Under the pieces are notes generated by a model. The model was not told the DNA's origin. It worked only from the letters and a program-made list of their open reading frames with translations, and searched no databases. From positions 1 through 42,533 of the IMG/VR virus record IMGVR_UViG_3300027653_000025: a stretch of 42,533 nucleotides of DNA. One strand, 5' to 3'. Position numbers and translations under genes: made by a program. This DNA comes from a virus. Taxonomy: Duplodnaviria; Caudoviricetes. Of this stretch, positions 24,219 to 34,289 are shown piece by piece. Numbering within the stretch: the stretch's first letter is position 1; every line of letters starts with the position of its first letter.

Positions 24219-24750
24219 CTATACCCGACATAGCGCGACGAGGCTTACCGGCGTGACCGTCGTGGATCGCTCGGGCGATCTGCCCGTGACGCTCGATGAG
24301 GTGCGGGCCTTCCTACGTGTGACAAACTCGGTTGAGGACGCGCTGATCGAGGGTCTCATCCTACCCGCAACAGAGATCGTCGAGTCGGAGTCCGGCGAGG
24401 CGATCATGCCGCAGACGATACGGGCCTCATACGAGGGTGCGTCGGGGCCGCTGCGCCTTCCGATCGGCCCGCCGACCGAGATCATCGGCGTCACGATCGG
24501 CGGCGATCTACAGGACCCGGCCCACTACGAGCCCCTTGCTGGCAAGTATCCGAGCCTTTCGGGCGCGTTCTCTGGTGACGTGTCGGTGCTATATCGAGCC
24601 GGGCACGAGGGCGGGGCACCATCCGTGCTAAAGCATGCGGTGCTTCTCACGATAGCAGATATGTACGAGGGCCGGACGAGTCACGAGTTCGAGCAGTCGG
24701 CTGCGCGCCATTTGCTCAATCGGGCCGGATACCGGAGGGTGGCGATCTGA
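24208..24750 (+). CDS. Head-tail connector (gp6/gp15-like)
   Basis: PVTLDEVRAFLRV...EDALIEGLI...YRAG...LKHAVL...YE.R; GTG start assumed. Confidence 0.85.
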   Translation: MLSSYTRHSATRLTGVTVVDRSGDLPVTLDEVRAFLRVTNSVEDALIEGLILPATEIVESESGEAIMPQTIRASYEGASGPLRLPIGPPTEIIGVTIGGDLQDPAHYEPLAGKYPSLSGAFSGDVSVLYRAGHEGGAPSVLKHAVLLTIADMYEGRTSHEFEQSAARHLLNRAGYRRVAI

Positions 24751-25094
24751 TGGCGAAGATGAAAACGGCATCTCACCTTACCGAGTTTATGACGGTGCTT
24801 CGCCGCGTGGAGACGCAGACGGAGTATCACGAGCCGGTCGTGCATTGGGAGGAGGGCGATATGTTTCTTGCGGAGGTCACTGTGCAGTCCGCGGCTGAGC
24901 GTATGCGCGGCGAGCAGGTGACGGCAGAGAAGCGCGCCCGGATCACGGCTCGTTATCCGCTTTCGATCAGCGCGAAGGATCGCATCAGGCATGAGGCGAC
25001 GGGTGAGGTGTACGAGGTACACGGCCCGGTCGCGACGTCGTACCGGAACCGAATGATCGAGATGGTCTGCACGTCAGCGGAGGTGATGCCTTGA
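24750..25094 (+). CDS. Head closure / head-tail adaptor (SPP1 gp16-like)
   Basis: Position; ITARY...DRI...YEV pattern. Confidence 0.8.
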   Translation: MAKMKTASHLTEFMTVLRRVETQTEYHEPVVHWEEGDMFLAEVTVQSAAERMRGEQVTAEKRARITARYPLSISAKDRIRHEATGEVYEVHGPVATSYRNRMIEMVCTSAEVMP

Positions 25095-25555
25095 GAGTGA
25101 CGCTTGACATACCGGACCGGGAGGTTAAGCGCATGATGCAGGGCCTCGAACGGGCGTCGGCCTCACTGCGCGCCGAAGCATCGAACCTGGTTAAGCGCTA
25201 CCTGCTGATGATCGAGCGGGACGCACGGCGCAACATGGATCGTGGTGGGGGTTCGATTCCCCGCACGGATACGGGACGCCTCAAAAACTCGATCCGTCAT
25301 GCGCTCGACGCGGCGTTTTTTCGGGCATCGCTCGGTGGCGAGGTATTCACGGACGTCCATTACGCGGTTTATGTGCACGAAGGGACGGGCATCTTCCATA
25401 GTGAGGGCCGCCGTACGCCGTGGGTGTATTTTGACGAGCGGCGCGGGCAGTTCGTGGTGACGCGGGGCATCCCGGCCAACCCGTTTTTACGCGACGCCTT
25501 CGAGAAGCACGTGCCGGGCTTCGTTCGCGATCTTAAAAAGCTGGTGGAGGGATAG
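25091..25555 (+). CDS. HK97 gp10-like tail completion protein
   Basis: DTGRLKNSI, YAVYVHEGTG, TRG.PANPFL. Confidence 0.88.
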   Translation: MRVTLDIPDREVKRMMQGLERASASLRAEASNLVKRYLLMIERDARRNMDRGGGSIPRTDTGRLKNSIRHALDAAFFRASLGGEVFTDVHYAVYVHEGTGIFHSEGRRTPWVYFDERRGQFVVTRGIPANPFLRDAFEKHVPGFVRDLKKLVEG

Positions 25556-25984
25556 ATGCGCACGCTATCGGCAGATCTTCCACTTCAAAAGGCGCTTGGC
25601 GACAGGATCATCGGCGCCATCGCTGGGGCCGGGTTCAGCGCTCCGGTCACGACGCGGCCGGAGCAGGGCATCGCTTGGCCGTACGTCCTGATTGGCGAGT
25701 CGACGGAAGATGGGACGGCCCGCACGAAGAGCGAGGCCGGAACAGAGATACTTACGACTGTCCGCGTTTATTCGCATAACGTCGCAGAGGCGAAGGCTAT
25801 TCGGGCGGCGATCGTCGCGGCCGTCACGGACGAGGAGGATCAGATAAAGCTTGAGCCGCCCTTTGTGGTTGCGCTCACTATATACGAGTCATCGCCGGTG
25901 ATCGCGATTCACACGGAGATGGGCTCGCATTATCAGGCCGCTGCGGCCTTTCGGTTTCATATCGCACAACAGCATGAGGTTTAA
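25556..25984 (+). CDS. Tail terminator (DUF3168-like)
   Basis: LQKAL...WPYVLIGE...VRVYS; position. Confidence 0.75.
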   Translation: MRTLSADLPLQKALGDRIIGAIAGAGFSAPVTTRPEQGIAWPYVLIGESTEDGTARTKSEAGTEILTTVRVYSHNVAEAKAIRAAIVAAVTDEEDQIKLEPPFVVALTIYESSPVIAIHTEMGSHYQAAAAFRFHIAQQHEV

Positions 25985-25987
25985 TCG

Positions 25988-26428
25988 ATGGCACGTTTTA
26001 AGGGACAAGAGCTCGGCCTCTGGCTGACAGACGAAGAACCGACCGATCCGGAGTCCACGAATGATTACAGTTTCGTCGGGCTCGCCACGAGCCACTCCTT
26101 CGATGTGTCGGTTGACGACATCGACGGCGCCACGAAGGATGACGGCGCGTGGAACGACGTTTATTCAGGCCGCAAGGGTTATTCGTTGGGTGTCGAGGGC
26201 ATGGCGGATCGCAGCGGGCAGGAGGGACAGGACGTGATTGAGCAGGCGCTGCTTGATGACACGCAGGAGCTCTTCTGGCTTCTGACGACCGGAGTGGCTG
26301 GCGACGTGCAGCGTTGGGGCCGGGCGGCGCCGGGCGCGTTCTCGCTCTCAGCGGGCGATCAGGAGATGGCGACGTTCAGCGCGACGCTAAACGGCAAGGG
26401 TAAATTCGAGCGCGGGGTGGTGAGCTGA
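25988..26428 (+). CDS. Major tail (tube) protein, TP901-1-like
   Basis: ID.ATKDDG.W...GRKGYS, ATFSATLNGKG. Confidence 0.88.
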   Translation: MARFKGQELGLWLTDEEPTDPESTNDYSFVGLATSHSFDVSVDDIDGATKDDGAWNDVYSGRKGYSLGVEGMADRSGQEGQDVIEQALLDDTQELFWLLTTGVAGDVQRWGRAAPGAFSLSAGDQEMATFSATLNGKGKFERGVVS

Positions 26429-26429
26429 T

Positions 26430-26810
26430 ATGGCAGCGATTCCATCGGTAGAGATCGAGATCGGGGGCAAGACGCGGGAGTTAAAATACCCACTCATGTC
26501 CTTCTCGATCGCTCAGCGCCGCTACGGGATACGCATCCCGATCTCGGCCATGACTGACCCGACGATTGCGGACATGGCCGAGGCGGTATGGCTCGGGCTT
26601 CTGCACGACTATCCGCGTCTCGATCTGTCTCGCGTGATCCAGTGGGTTGAGGAAGAGGAACACCCTCTCTTTGAGACGTGGGCGCGGGCGCAGGGGCCAC
26701 TACTCGAAGCCCTTGAACGTCTCGGCGCGAAGACGAAGACGGACACCGGGGAGGCGAGGGAAGAGGATAACCCGGAGGACCTACTGGTCCCTTTGGACGA
26801 GAGCCCATGA
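26430..26810 (+). CDS. Tail assembly chaperone (gpG-like)
   Basis: Between tube and tape measure; IEIGGKTRELKY. Confidence 0.8.
   Translation: MAAIPSVEIEIGGKTRELKYPLMSFSIAQRRYGIRIPISAMTDPTIADMAEAVWLGLLHDYPRLDLSRVIQWVEEEEHPLFETWARAQGPLLEALERLGAKTKTDTGEAREEDNPEDLLVPLDESP
26789..26795 (+). other. -1 ribosomal frameshift slippery site C CCT TTG
   Basis: X XXY YYZ in correct phase; -1 frame open into ORF 26807-27187. Confidence 0.7.
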
Positions 26811-27187
26811 TTGATGCGGCCCGGATGCTTGAGCAGGCGGCTGAGCACGGCGTAGTCGTCCGGCATGGGATGACGCCGGGCGAAGTCGATCTGCTTATTC
26901 AAGGGGCCGCTGAGGCGGAGAAGCGGGCATGGCGGCGCACGGCGTGGCAGACGGCGTGGCTGCTTAACGCGCTCGTCGGGACGAAAAAGAAGGTCTGGAA
27001 GGTCGAGGACCTGCTTGAAGTGGGCGGGAACGACGGCGGCGCGATGCCGAAGCCGGGAACGCCTGCTCACGACAGGTTCAAACGCGATTTCAAACGCCGG
27101 GTGTCTGCCTATATGGCGCGGTGCCACGCGGCGAATGATCGCAGGAAACGGATTGGGGGTTTAGATGCTACGAACGGCCGGACTTGA
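26807..27187 (+). CDS. Tail assembly chaperone (gpT-like)
   Basis: MTPGEV motif; precedes the tape measure gene. Confidence 0.75.
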   Translation: MIDAARMLEQAAEHGVVVRHGMTPGEVDLLIQGAAEAEKRAWRRTAWQTAWLLNALVGTKKKVWKVEDLLEVGGNDGGAMPKPGTPAHDRFKRDFKRRVSAYMARCHAANDRRKRIGGLDATNGRT

Positions 27188-29957
27188 GGCAAGGCTCGGA
27201 CTTGACCTCTCGGATTTCCAGAAGGGCATCCGTAACGCCTCTCGTGCGCTTGAGCCGATCCAAAAGCGGATGCAGGAGGTCGGGCGCCGGATGACGACGG
27301 CGATCACCGTTCCCGTCACGGCGGCCGGATACGCGGTGGCGCGCATGGGCGGCGACTTCCAATATTCGATGAACCGCGTTCAGGCGCTCACGGGCTCGAC
27401 CGGATCACAGCTCGAGGCGTTGAGCGATCAGGCGAAAGAGCTGGGCATCAGCACGCAGTTCTCCGCATCGCAGGCCGCGGACGCGATGGGTTTCCTCGCG
27501 ATGGCCGGTTTCGACGCTAACCAGATCCTTGGCACGATGCCCGCGACGCTCGACCTCGCGGCGGCCTCGGGGATGGATCTCGCTCGAACGGCGGACGTCA
27601 TGTCCAACATCATGCAGGGTTATGGCCTTGCGACGGAGGAAGCGGCGCGGGCGTCGGACGTTCTAACGAAGGCGTTTACGTCATCGAATACCGACCTCGG
27701 ACAGCTTGCCGAGGCGATGAAATACGCCGGGCCGGTCGCGGCTGGCATGGGCGTCGAGTTTGAAGAAGCGGCGGCCGCGATCGGCCTAATGGGTAACGCG
27801 GGTATTCAGGGCTCGATGGCGGGTACGGGTCTGCGGCAAGCATTAACGCAGCTCGCGAAGCCTACGGGGGATACACGGCGGACGATTGAGCGGCTGGGAC
27901 TATCGGTTAAAGATCTTAGCCCAACAACAAACTCACTCACAGAGATCATAGAGCGACTGTCCGAAGCGGGTGCGGACACGACCGATGTGCTCACGATCTT
28001 CGGGCAACGGGCCGGTCCGGCGATGCAGACGCTCATCGATCAGGGCGCGGACGCCGTGCGCGGCTTGACGGAGGAGCTGAGGGAGTCCGCTGGCGTCACG
28101 AAGGAGGTCGCCGATGTGCAGATGCAAGGGTTTCGCGGCGCGATGCTCGGCCTAAAAAGCGCGGTCGAGGGCCTTGGGATTGCGGTTGCGGAGTCTGGAG
28201 TTCTGGACTTCTTCGAGGATATGACGCGTCGGGCGACGGATCTCGTTCGCCGGATCGCAGATATGAACCCGGCCATTCTCCGCACGACAGCCATCGTAGC
28301 AGGCGTTGCCGCGGCGATCGGCCCGGTCCTGCTTGCGCTTGGTAGCATGACCACCCTGCTGCCGGTCATCAAAACCGGTTTCCTTGCACTCACTGGCCCG
28401 GTCGGGCTTACGGCAGCGGCTATTGTGGGCGTCGGGGCGGCGGCGTACGCGATGCGCGATGAGATCGAAGCAGCGTTGTCTGCTGTTCGCCCGGCGCTGA
28501 ATGCTTTCGCAGGTGCATGGAGGGGTGTTCATCGCGAGGTCGGCGCGATCTGGCAGCTGATCACGACGACTGTTGGTGATTCGCTCGACAACATCGCTGA
28601 TTTATTCGAGACGTTCAGTTCTCTCGTTCAAGGCGAGTGGGCTGATATGTGGACCGCCCTGCTCAATATCGCGAAGCGACAGGGGGAGGGAATAATCGGC
28701 TACACGAGGGGGTGGCTCGAGCGGTCCGCCTCTATGTGGAAGTCTTTTGGAGATAGCGCCGCTGACGGTGCGACTGCGGCGTGGGAGTGGCTTGGCGAGA
28801 ACCCTGTCCAGCGGGCGGTACATGACTTCCGAACAGGTGGCTGGCGAGACCTTGTTCAAGCGGCGGCCGATCTTGGAAGGGACGTTGCCGAGGGGTTGAA
28901 TACGGCCCTCGAGCGGCACGCGGCGATGGGGATCATCCGTAACGTCGACATGATCGGCGACGCGTTCAGTGATCAGGTCCGGATCGCCGGTGAGCTCGAA
29001 GATGCGGTCGCAAATATTTATCGCCCGATGCTGCTCTTGTCGGGCATCGCGGATGATGCTACAGTGAGTATCGAGGGTATGGGCGGCGGAGCAGAGGAGA
29101 CATCGATCCACTTGTCGGATCTTGCCGCGGCGCTCATGCGTGTCGACCGCATCGCTGCCGCCTTCTCGGGCCGCGATCCACTCAAAGCGATGCAGGATCG
29201 TGCGCGGCTGATGACGAGCTTTCTGGAAGATGTTTACGGTGGAGACATTGAGATCGGCGGGGCAGATACGGCGCGCATAAGGTCTGAGCTCGACGCCCTC
29301 AACATGGTGATTGGCGAGACGCTGGCCGCACGAGCGCGAATGACGGAAGATCCGCTCATGGCCGAAAACTTCCTGCCGGGTCTTGACGATGTATCGGTCC
29401 GCCTCGACGGCCTCACAGAGCGGCTCGGCATCGTCCATGAGCGCACGGTGAGTTTTGGTGAAGCGGCGGCGTACATCCTTGCAGACGATGTGTCGATGGC
29501 GGTCGGCCGTGTGGTCGAGGGTGTGATCATGATGGAAGACGGTTTCCGCTCGCTCTCGGATACGCTCAAAAGCTTCGGCGAGATGGCGCAGCGCATCTTC
29601 GCGCGGCTTATCGCGGACATTACGGCGGCGGTGGCAAAGGCGGCGGCGTTGAGGGGCATTGCCACGCTGTTCGGTATCGGCACCATCGGCTCGTTCGGTT
29701 CACTCCTTAGGGGCGCACTCGGCTTTGGTGGAGCGCGGGCGATGGGCGGGCCAGTCATGTCGGGGCAGGCCTACGTGGTCGGTGAGCGCGGCCCGGAGCT
29801 TTTCGTGCCGCCCTCGGCCGGGAAGATCATCCCGAATCACGCGCTCGGCGCCGTCCGCTCAGGGCCGATCGACGTGCGCATACGGGGCGAGTTCGTCCAG
29901 CGAGGCGGGGATCTGGTGGCGACGATCGACACGGTTCGAAGGGTTCAGGGATACTAA
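27165..29957 (+). CDS. Tail tape measure protein (TP901 family)
   Basis: T.FSASQAA.AM.FLAMAG, NAGIQGS.AGT.LR, C-term RA.GGPV...VGERGPELFVP. Confidence 0.95.
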   Translation: MLRTAGLEARLGLDLSDFQKGIRNASRALEPIQKRMQEVGRRMTTAITVPVTAAGYAVARMGGDFQYSMNRVQALTGSTGSQLEALSDQAKELGISTQFSASQAADAMGFLAMAGFDANQILGTMPATLDLAAASGMDLARTADVMSNIMQGYGLATEEAARASDVLTKAFTSSNTDLGQLAEAMKYAGPVAAGMGVEFEEAAAAIGLMGNAGIQGSMAGTGLRQALTQLAKPTGDTRRTIERLGLSVKDLSPTTNSLTEIIERLSEAGADTTDVLTIFGQRAGPAMQTLIDQGADAVRGLTEELRESAGVTKEVADVQMQGFRGAMLGLKSAVEGLGIAVAESGVLDFFEDMTRRATDLVRRIADMNPAILRTTAIVAGVAAAIGPVLLALGSMTTLLPVIKTGFLALTGPVGLTAAAIVGVGAAAYAMRDEIEAALSAVRPALNAFAGAWRGVHREVGAIWQLITTTVGDSLDNIADLFETFSSLVQGEWADMWTALLNIAKRQGEGIIGYTRGWLERSASMWKSFGDSAADGATAAWEWLGENPVQRAVHDFRTGGWRDLVQAAADLGRDVAEGLNTALERHAAMGIIRNVDMIGDAFSDQVRIAGELEDAVANIYRPMLLLSGIADDATVSIEGMGGGAEETSIHLSDLAAALMRVDRIAAAFSGRDPLKAMQDRARLMTSFLEDVYGGDIEIGGADTARIRSELDALNMVIGETLAARARMTEDPLMAENFLPGLDDVSVRLDGLTERLGIVHERTVSFGEAAAYILADDVSMAVGRVVEGVIMMEDGFRSLSDTLKSFGEMAQRIFARLIADITAAVAKAAALRGIATLFGIGTIGSFGSLLRGALGFGGARAMGGPVMSGQAYVVGERGPELFVPPSAGKIIPNHALGAVRSGPIDVRIRGEFVQRGGDLVATIDTVRRVQGY

Positions 29958-32180
29958 ATGGCATATGGCGTCATCATACGGGCATCCTTGGCGACGGCCG
30001 AGGGCACGCACATGATAGAAGTGCTACGGCGCGATTATTCGGGCGCGATACATGAGGTGCACGCGGGCACGCCTTTCTACGTTGAGGAATACGGCACGCG
30101 AGGCGCGGATCTTGACGCGGACATCCGGCCAAGCCAAGTGACGGTCAATCTCATCATCACGGATGCGGCGGCGCTGGGCGCGGTGCGTGGCACGCTCTCG
30201 GCCGAGTCACGCGAGTATCGAATGGTGGTGCGTCACGGTGCGGCGGTCATGTGGCAGGGATACGTGATGCCGGTCACGTCGGTGACGCAGCTTGATGACG
30301 GCGTGCAGGGCGTGCGGGTGGTTGCAAAAGACCGCGTGCGCTCGCTCGATGACCAGATATTTACGGCGGCGGACGGCGCACCCTATACAGGGCAGGCGTC
30401 GCTCGGTACGATACTCGAGCGCGAGCTTGGCTACGTCGGCCACAGCATCACACAGCATGAATACGCGTCGCGTTTCCGCACGCCCGGCGTAATCGCTCCC
30501 TACGCACAGATACGGATCGATCAGGCGCGCTTTTACGACGATGAGACGGGCGAGCCGACGCACAGCCGCGGCGATGTCGTCCGGGCGATCCTCGGCACCC
30601 AGCAGGCGCAGCTCACGCAGTGGCGCGGACGGTGGGAAGTGACGACGCCGCACGCGGCAGGCGACACGTTTTCGGTGGACAAATGGGTGGTCCGTAGCGA
30701 TGAGCTCTCCGGAGAGCCGCCAGCCCGTCAGGGGCGGGCGTCCTACGACGTCGGTGGGACGGCGGTGGCGCTGCAAAATGGTTCATTCGAGGCGGGGCCG
30801 ATTGGAGGCAGCACGACGGCACCGGGATGGACGGGCATTGGCCGCAGGCAGGCCGCCGCACTCGCTGTCGACGGTGAATACGTGGGCGTGCGCGAAGCCT
30901 ACGTGACGATGGAGCGTATCGACCCGGAGACGGCGGCGCCGTTCGCCTCTGGCTATGGATACCAACGCGTGGCTGTTGCTGTGGGTGCTGGTCCGACCGC
31001 GCTAAGCGTTTCGATGGCGGGCCGAATCTATTACGAGACGTCAGAGATCCCGACGGAGCATCACGAGATGTTCTTTTTCGCGGAGGTCAGGCATCTCGGT
31101 GGTCACTACTTCAACGACGTGACCGGGCGCTGGCAAAGCGCACCACATAAAATCTACGTCGGCCGTAGCGTGGTTGTCGGCTACGATTTCGGGTGGGTGA
31201 ATCGGCTTTTCATGTTGCCGACTGTACCTGAGGGCGGCACGGTCGAAGTGAGGCTGTACGACGGCGTGGTCCGTGTTGCTGCCAGTCATGCAGGCTCAAC
31301 GGGTGAGACATACTACGACGCGATAGAGCTGATGCCACAGGTGGCGTCCGGGCGCGAGATCATCAGTTTTACCTCCTACAGCCCCACAGCACAGGACGGC
31401 GAGACGGAACAGATCAATGTGCCGCTTGGAGACGGCCCTTTCGGCTCGGCACGCGGCGCAATGCTGCTTGAAAGTGGCGCGCTGACGTCCGAGTGGCGGG
31501 TCGGCACCGAGTCTCGCACGGTGCCGCACACACAGATTCTCGCCGAGCACCTGATGCGCACGCGGGGCAAGGGTCGGCGGCGCGTCCGGCTGACGACGAT
31601 GGGGCCGGTGTCGGAGATGGCGCCGGTCAAAAAGATGCAGCTCGACGGTGCCATTTACTGGCCCACCTACATGGAGATCGAATGGCCTTCCGGTCAGGCG
31701 ACGATCGAGGGCATCGAGCTGATCGACGTGCCGGTGCCGAGTGGGATGCGCGAAGAAGTGGAGGTCAGGCCGCGTCCCTACGGCGGTTCAGGCCCTGTAC
31801 AGGGCGGCGGCGCATCAGGAGGGTTGACGATAGAAGAGGCCGACCAGCGTTATCTCCGCCCTACAGGCGTCTCGACGTACGTAACCGGCACGCCGGGCGA
31901 AGACCAGATTCTTTTAATGTGGGTAGCGACGCATCCGTGCGCATGGTCGGGCAGGGGCAGCGCGGGCGTGCTGGAGCCGCCGTCCGCGACGCGCACGCTC
32001 AGCATACGCCGCGGTGCATCTCAAATCGGAACAGTGACATTCAACGCGGCGTCAACTACTGGCGCGCTATCCGGCAACGCATCCATCGATGCGGGCGACG
32101 TCATCACGTTGGTGGCCCCCTCGGCGCTCGATGAGTCGTGGCGCGATCTTGGCATCACACTGCTGCTGGACCCGGCATGA
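29958..32180 (+). CDS. Tail tip / baseplate hub-like protein
   Basis: 740 aa after the tape measure; WQGYV hub-like motif, LQNGSFE CBM-like start. Confidence 0.7.
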   Translation: MAYGVIIRASLATAEGTHMIEVLRRDYSGAIHEVHAGTPFYVEEYGTRGADLDADIRPSQVTVNLIITDAAALGAVRGTLSAESREYRMVVRHGAAVMWQGYVMPVTSVTQLDDGVQGVRVVAKDRVRSLDDQIFTAADGAPYTGQASLGTILERELGYVGHSITQHEYASRFRTPGVIAPYAQIRIDQARFYDDETGEPTHSRGDVVRAILGTQQAQLTQWRGRWEVTTPHAAGDTFSVDKWVVRSDELSGEPPARQGRASYDVGGTAVALQNGSFEAGPIGGSTTAPGWTGIGRRQAAALAVDGEYVGVREAYVTMERIDPETAAPFASGYGYQRVAVAVGAGPTALSVSMAGRIYYETSEIPTEHHEMFFFAEVRHLGGHYFNDVTGRWQSAPHKIYVGRSVVVGYDFGWVNRLFMLPTVPEGGTVEVRLYDGVVRVAASHAGSTGETYYDAIELMPQVASGREIISFTSYSPTAQDGETEQINVPLGDGPFGSARGAMLLESGALTSEWRVGTESRTVPHTQILAEHLMRTRGKGRRRVRLTTMGPVSEMAPVKKMQLDGAIYWPTYMEIEWPSGQATIEGIELIDVPVPSGMREEVEVRPRPYGGSGPVQGGGASGGLTIEEADQRYLRPTGVSTYVTGTPGEDQILLMWVATHPCAWSGRGSAGVLEPPSATRTLSIRRGASQIGTVTFNAASTTGALSGNASIDAGDVITLVAPSALDESWRDLGITLLLDPA

Positions 32181-34276
32181 TTAGCGTACAGCAAATATCG
32201 GGGCGGTATCGATTTGTCAGCGCGGCTGAGGCTGTCGTACTCGGCCGCGAGCTCGATCCGTCGACGATCGTATTGCGCGTCGACACCGAGGTGCCATATT
32301 GGCTCATTTATGACGATGGGGCATCGGGCGAGCCGGACTACGTGACCGTGACCGGCGATGCGCTCGAGTCTTTTACGCTCGCGCCGGTGCTGGATGCATG
32401 GTCTGTACGCTGGGTAGTCGATGAGAGCGCCGAGCGAGCATTGGCGGCGGCGGAGACTGCCGAGGGTGTAACCAGCCATACTACAGTCTATGGCGAGGCG
32501 GACGAGGCGTTTGAACTTGGTCACACCCTGTCTGTCACATCAGGCGACCAGCATCAAGAAGAGGCGCAGGCATCGACGCCGCTCGTGATCTATGAAGTAG
32601 CCGAAGGGCAGGTGCCGGACGTCGACGGAACGGCGGCAGAGACGATCGCGCTGGCGCGTACGGCGGACGGGGAGAGCGTGCTGGCGACCGAGGATAGCGC
32701 GATCGTCATGGCGCTGGATATAACAAACGAGACGGCGACCGGCGAGACGGCGGTGGTGTCGATGAGCGCTACAGCGGACGAAGCGCTGACGCTGGGCGCC
32801 GATCTGTCGGTTACTTCGAGCGATCAGGAGCAGGAGGAGGCGCTTGTCTCGGTGTCGCTCGGGATGAACGAGGTAGCGACGGGCGAGGCGGAGCACCTCA
32901 GTGCATCGGTGAGTGAATCGGTTGGGCTCGGCGCCGAGGTGTCGCACGACTACCAGCCAAGGCCGGAGGAAAGCCGCGCAGCCGAAGCCGCGCTCGGCGT
33001 GAGTGAGTCGGCCGCGGGCGAATATGTGGTCCCACCCGCGCAGTCCTCAACAGCGACGGAGACGGTGGCGCTTGAACGTGCGGTGTCGACTACTGCAACG
33101 GATCAGGACACGGAAGATACGCAGGTCACGGCGGCGCTGACGATCGTGGAGACGGCGATAGGCACGGCGGAGCACTTGGCAGCCGCTGTGAGCGAAGCCG
33201 TGACGCTCGGACGCGCAGCCGAAGGCGCGCACACGCCGAAGCCGGAGGTAAGCCGCTCGGCCGAGACGGCGATTGGCAGGTCGGAGGCGGCATCAGGCCA
33301 GTACGTCATTCCTCCAGCCGCGATAGGGGCGGCGTCGGAGTCGGTCACGCTGGGCCGCGAAGAGTCGGCCACGGCCATCGACCAGGATCAGGAGGATACG
33401 CAAGCCTCACGCACGCTTTCCATCACCGAGACGGCGGTGGGTGTGGCTGAGCACTTGACGGCATCGGTGAGTGAGGCGGTGACGCTTGGCCGCTCGTCGA
33501 CGGGTACGGGCGCCGAGCCGGTCACGGTGAGCCGCACGGCGACGCGTGCGATCAGCATCTCGGAGTCGGCGGCGGGCGCCTTTTCGCTCCCTCCTGCCAT
33601 CACGGCGGCGGCCTCGGAGGGCGTGGCGCTTGGGCGTGACCAGTCGACCACGGTTCAGGATCAAGACCAAGAGCATACACAAGTCTCGCGCACGCTTGGG
33701 CGCACGGAGACGGCAACCGGCACGGCGGAGCATCTAAACGCGGCCACGAGCGAGTCCCGCACGCTTGGCAAGACGGCGGCGGGCAGCGTCGTTGTCATCC
33801 CGGACATGAGCCGCACGGCGACACGGGTGCTCACGCGCTTCGAGTGGGGCTTCGGCTCGGCGTCGGAGGCGACCCCGGTGAGCCGGGCCGTAGTGGAATC
33901 TCGCACACTTGGCAAGTCGGCGGCGGGTAGCCAGCAGGTCACCAACGACTACATCCTGCAGTGGGCTTTTAATGACGTGGACGCCAATACGTTCAACGGC
34001 CTAAAGAACAAGACTGTCGAAGTGATTCTGCGGTCAGTTTTCGGGCAGGTGTGGTCGAGTCGCACGGTCTATATGGACGAGATATTCCCCGGTATGCTGC
34101 AGAACACGACGGCGATCAATTGGGGTACGTCAGACGGGTGGCACAATGCCCGTCTCCGTGTTCAGTCAGGCTTGTACGAAATCACCACCCTTAACTACCC
34201 CGCCAACACGATAGCCAATGGCCAGAACGTCATCACGCCGATAGGCGGCATCAGTATCCATATCGCACCACTATAA
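32177..34276 (+). CDS. Ala/Ser/Thr/Glu-rich structural protein with five 92-93 aa repeats
   Basis: DQxxE anchors at 32546, 32822, 33101, 33380, 33659; ATGA-coupled start 32177. Confidence 0.8.
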   Translation: MISVQQISGRYRFVSAAEAVVLGRELDPSTIVLRVDTEVPYWLIYDDGASGEPDYVTVTGDALESFTLAPVLDAWSVRWVVDESAERALAAAETAEGVTSHTTVYGEADEAFELGHTLSVTSGDQHQEEAQASTPLVIYEVAEGQVPDVDGTAAETIALARTADGESVLATEDSAIVMALDITNETATGETAVVSMSATADEALTLGADLSVTSSDQEQEEALVSVSLGMNEVATGEAEHLSASVSESVGLGAEVSHDYQPRPEESRAAEAALGVSESAAGEYVVPPAQSSTATETVALERAVSTTATDQDTEDTQVTAALTIVETAIGTAEHLAAAVSEAVTLGRAAEGAHTPKPEVSRSAETAIGRSEAASGQYVIPPAAIGAASESVTLGREESATAIDQDQEDTQASRTLSITETAVGVAEHLTASVSEAVTLGRSSTGTGAEPVTVSRTATRAISISESAAGAFSLPPAITAAASEGVALGRDQSTTVQDQDQEHTQVSRTLGRTETATGTAEHLNAATSESRTLGKTAAGSVVVIPDMSRTATRVLTRFEWGFGSASEATPVSRAVVESRTLGKSAAGSQQVTNDYILQWAFNDVDANTFNGLKNKTVEVILRSVFGQVWSSRTVYMDEIFPGMLQNTTAINWGTSDGWHNARLRVQSGLYEITTLNYPANTIANGQNVITPIGGISIHIAPL

Positions 34277-34289
34277 TAGAGGTATAGAC

